This document shows, piece after piece, positions 63,297-64,000 of a stretch of 64,000 bases of DNA; within the stretch, counting starts at the first letter, position 1, and the number at the start of each line of letters is the position of its first letter. The position numbers were made by a program, and so were the translations under genes. The stretch comes from Alphaproteobacteria bacterium (GTDB lineage Bacteria; Pseudomonadota; Alphaproteobacteria; JAAXGF01): the NCBI GenBank assembly GCA_963555825.3, contig CAUVXB020000002.1, forward strand, positions 2,528,001 to 2,592,000, in the 5' to 3' direction. Below the pieces are notes generated by a model. It did no database searches and had not been told where the DNA came from. It was given only the letters and a program-made list of their open reading frames with translations.

Positions 63297-64000
63297 ATGA
63301 CACGGAAACTATTGAGCGCGATGATCGGCCTCGTTGCGGTCGGTGCGCTGATCACCGGCGCCGCCAGCGCGGCCGAGCTTCAGTGGTTCGGGCAGGCCGC
63401 CTTCAAGATCACCACGCCGGGCGGCAAGGTGATCCTGATCGACCCATTCATCACCAAGAACCCGAAGACGCCCGAGGCGCTCAAGGACCTCGCCAAGCTC
63501 GGGCCCGTCGATCTGATCCTGGTCACCCACGGCCACGGCGACCACGTCGGCGATACCGCTGCGATCGCCGAGTTGACCGGCGCCAAGGTCGCCCTGAACG
63601 CCGACATGGGCCAAACCTTCCGCACGCTCGGCATGGTGCCGGGCGGCCAGCTCATCCGTTTCAACAAGAGTGGCTCGATCCGCCCGCTCGGCGACGGCAT
63701 CACGATCACCATGGTGCACGCCGAGCACAGCTCGGAGGTCGTTCACAAGGACCCGGAGACCGGCAAACAATCGGTCCACCCGGGCGGCGAGCCCGCCGGC
63801 TACATCATCGCGTTGGAGGACGGCATGACGATCTACCATGCCGGCGACACTGGCGTGTTCGGCGACATGGCCTTCATCGGGTCGTACTACAAACCCGATG
63901 TCGCGCTGCTGCCGATCGGCGGCCACTTCACCATGGACCCGGCGCACGCGGCCTATGCGGTCAGGGAGCTGCTCAAGGTCAAGACGGTGGTGCCGATGCA
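63297..64000 (+). CDS. Exported metallo-beta-lactamase-fold hydrolase (UPF0173-like), runs off right edge
   Basis: Manual translation MTRKLLSAMIGL..LIDPF..THGHGDH..HAEHS..YHAGDT..LLPIGGHFTM; RBS GGAGG. Confidence 0.88.
   Translation, partial: MTRKLLSAMIGLVAVGALITGAASAAELQWFGQAAFKITTPGGKVILIDPFITKNPKTPEALKDLAKLGPVDLILVTHGHGDHVGDTAAIAELTGAKVALNADMGQTFRTLGMVPGGQLIRFNKSGSIRPLGDGITITMVHAEHSSEVVHKDPETGKQSVHPGGEPAGYIIALEDGMTIYHAGDTGVFGDMAFIGSYYKPDVALLPIGGHFTMDPAHAAYAVRELLKVKTVVPM

Overview
High-GC, probably alphaproteobacterial chromosomal window dominated by amine/amide nitrogen catabolism. It holds a gmaS(glnT)-XRE-mgdABCD N-methylglutamate module, a large NAD-glutamate dehydrogenase, two convergent N,N-dimethylformamidase-like operons, an agmatinase-like enzyme, a DDAH-like enzyme, a polar amino-acid ABC transporter and a divergent glxBCD(mgsABC)-like plus glutamine-synthetase-family module. 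A ~12 kb integrase-free accessory island (20156-32237) is bounded by a 61-bp direct repeat of the 3' end of one DMFase gene and carries cspA, an IS-interrupted mreB, hflK, gene remnants and several IS elements. The most striking structure is a family of ~28-bp GTCCGC-N-GCGGAC hairpin repeats that cluster at the island edges and are the insertion sites of two IS1182 copies, an IS1182-derived MITE and an IS110/IS1111 element. The 3' non-coding region of that IS1111 contains readable target and donor guide segments of a bridge/seek-type RNA. All calls are by eye from motifs and context; no database searches were run.
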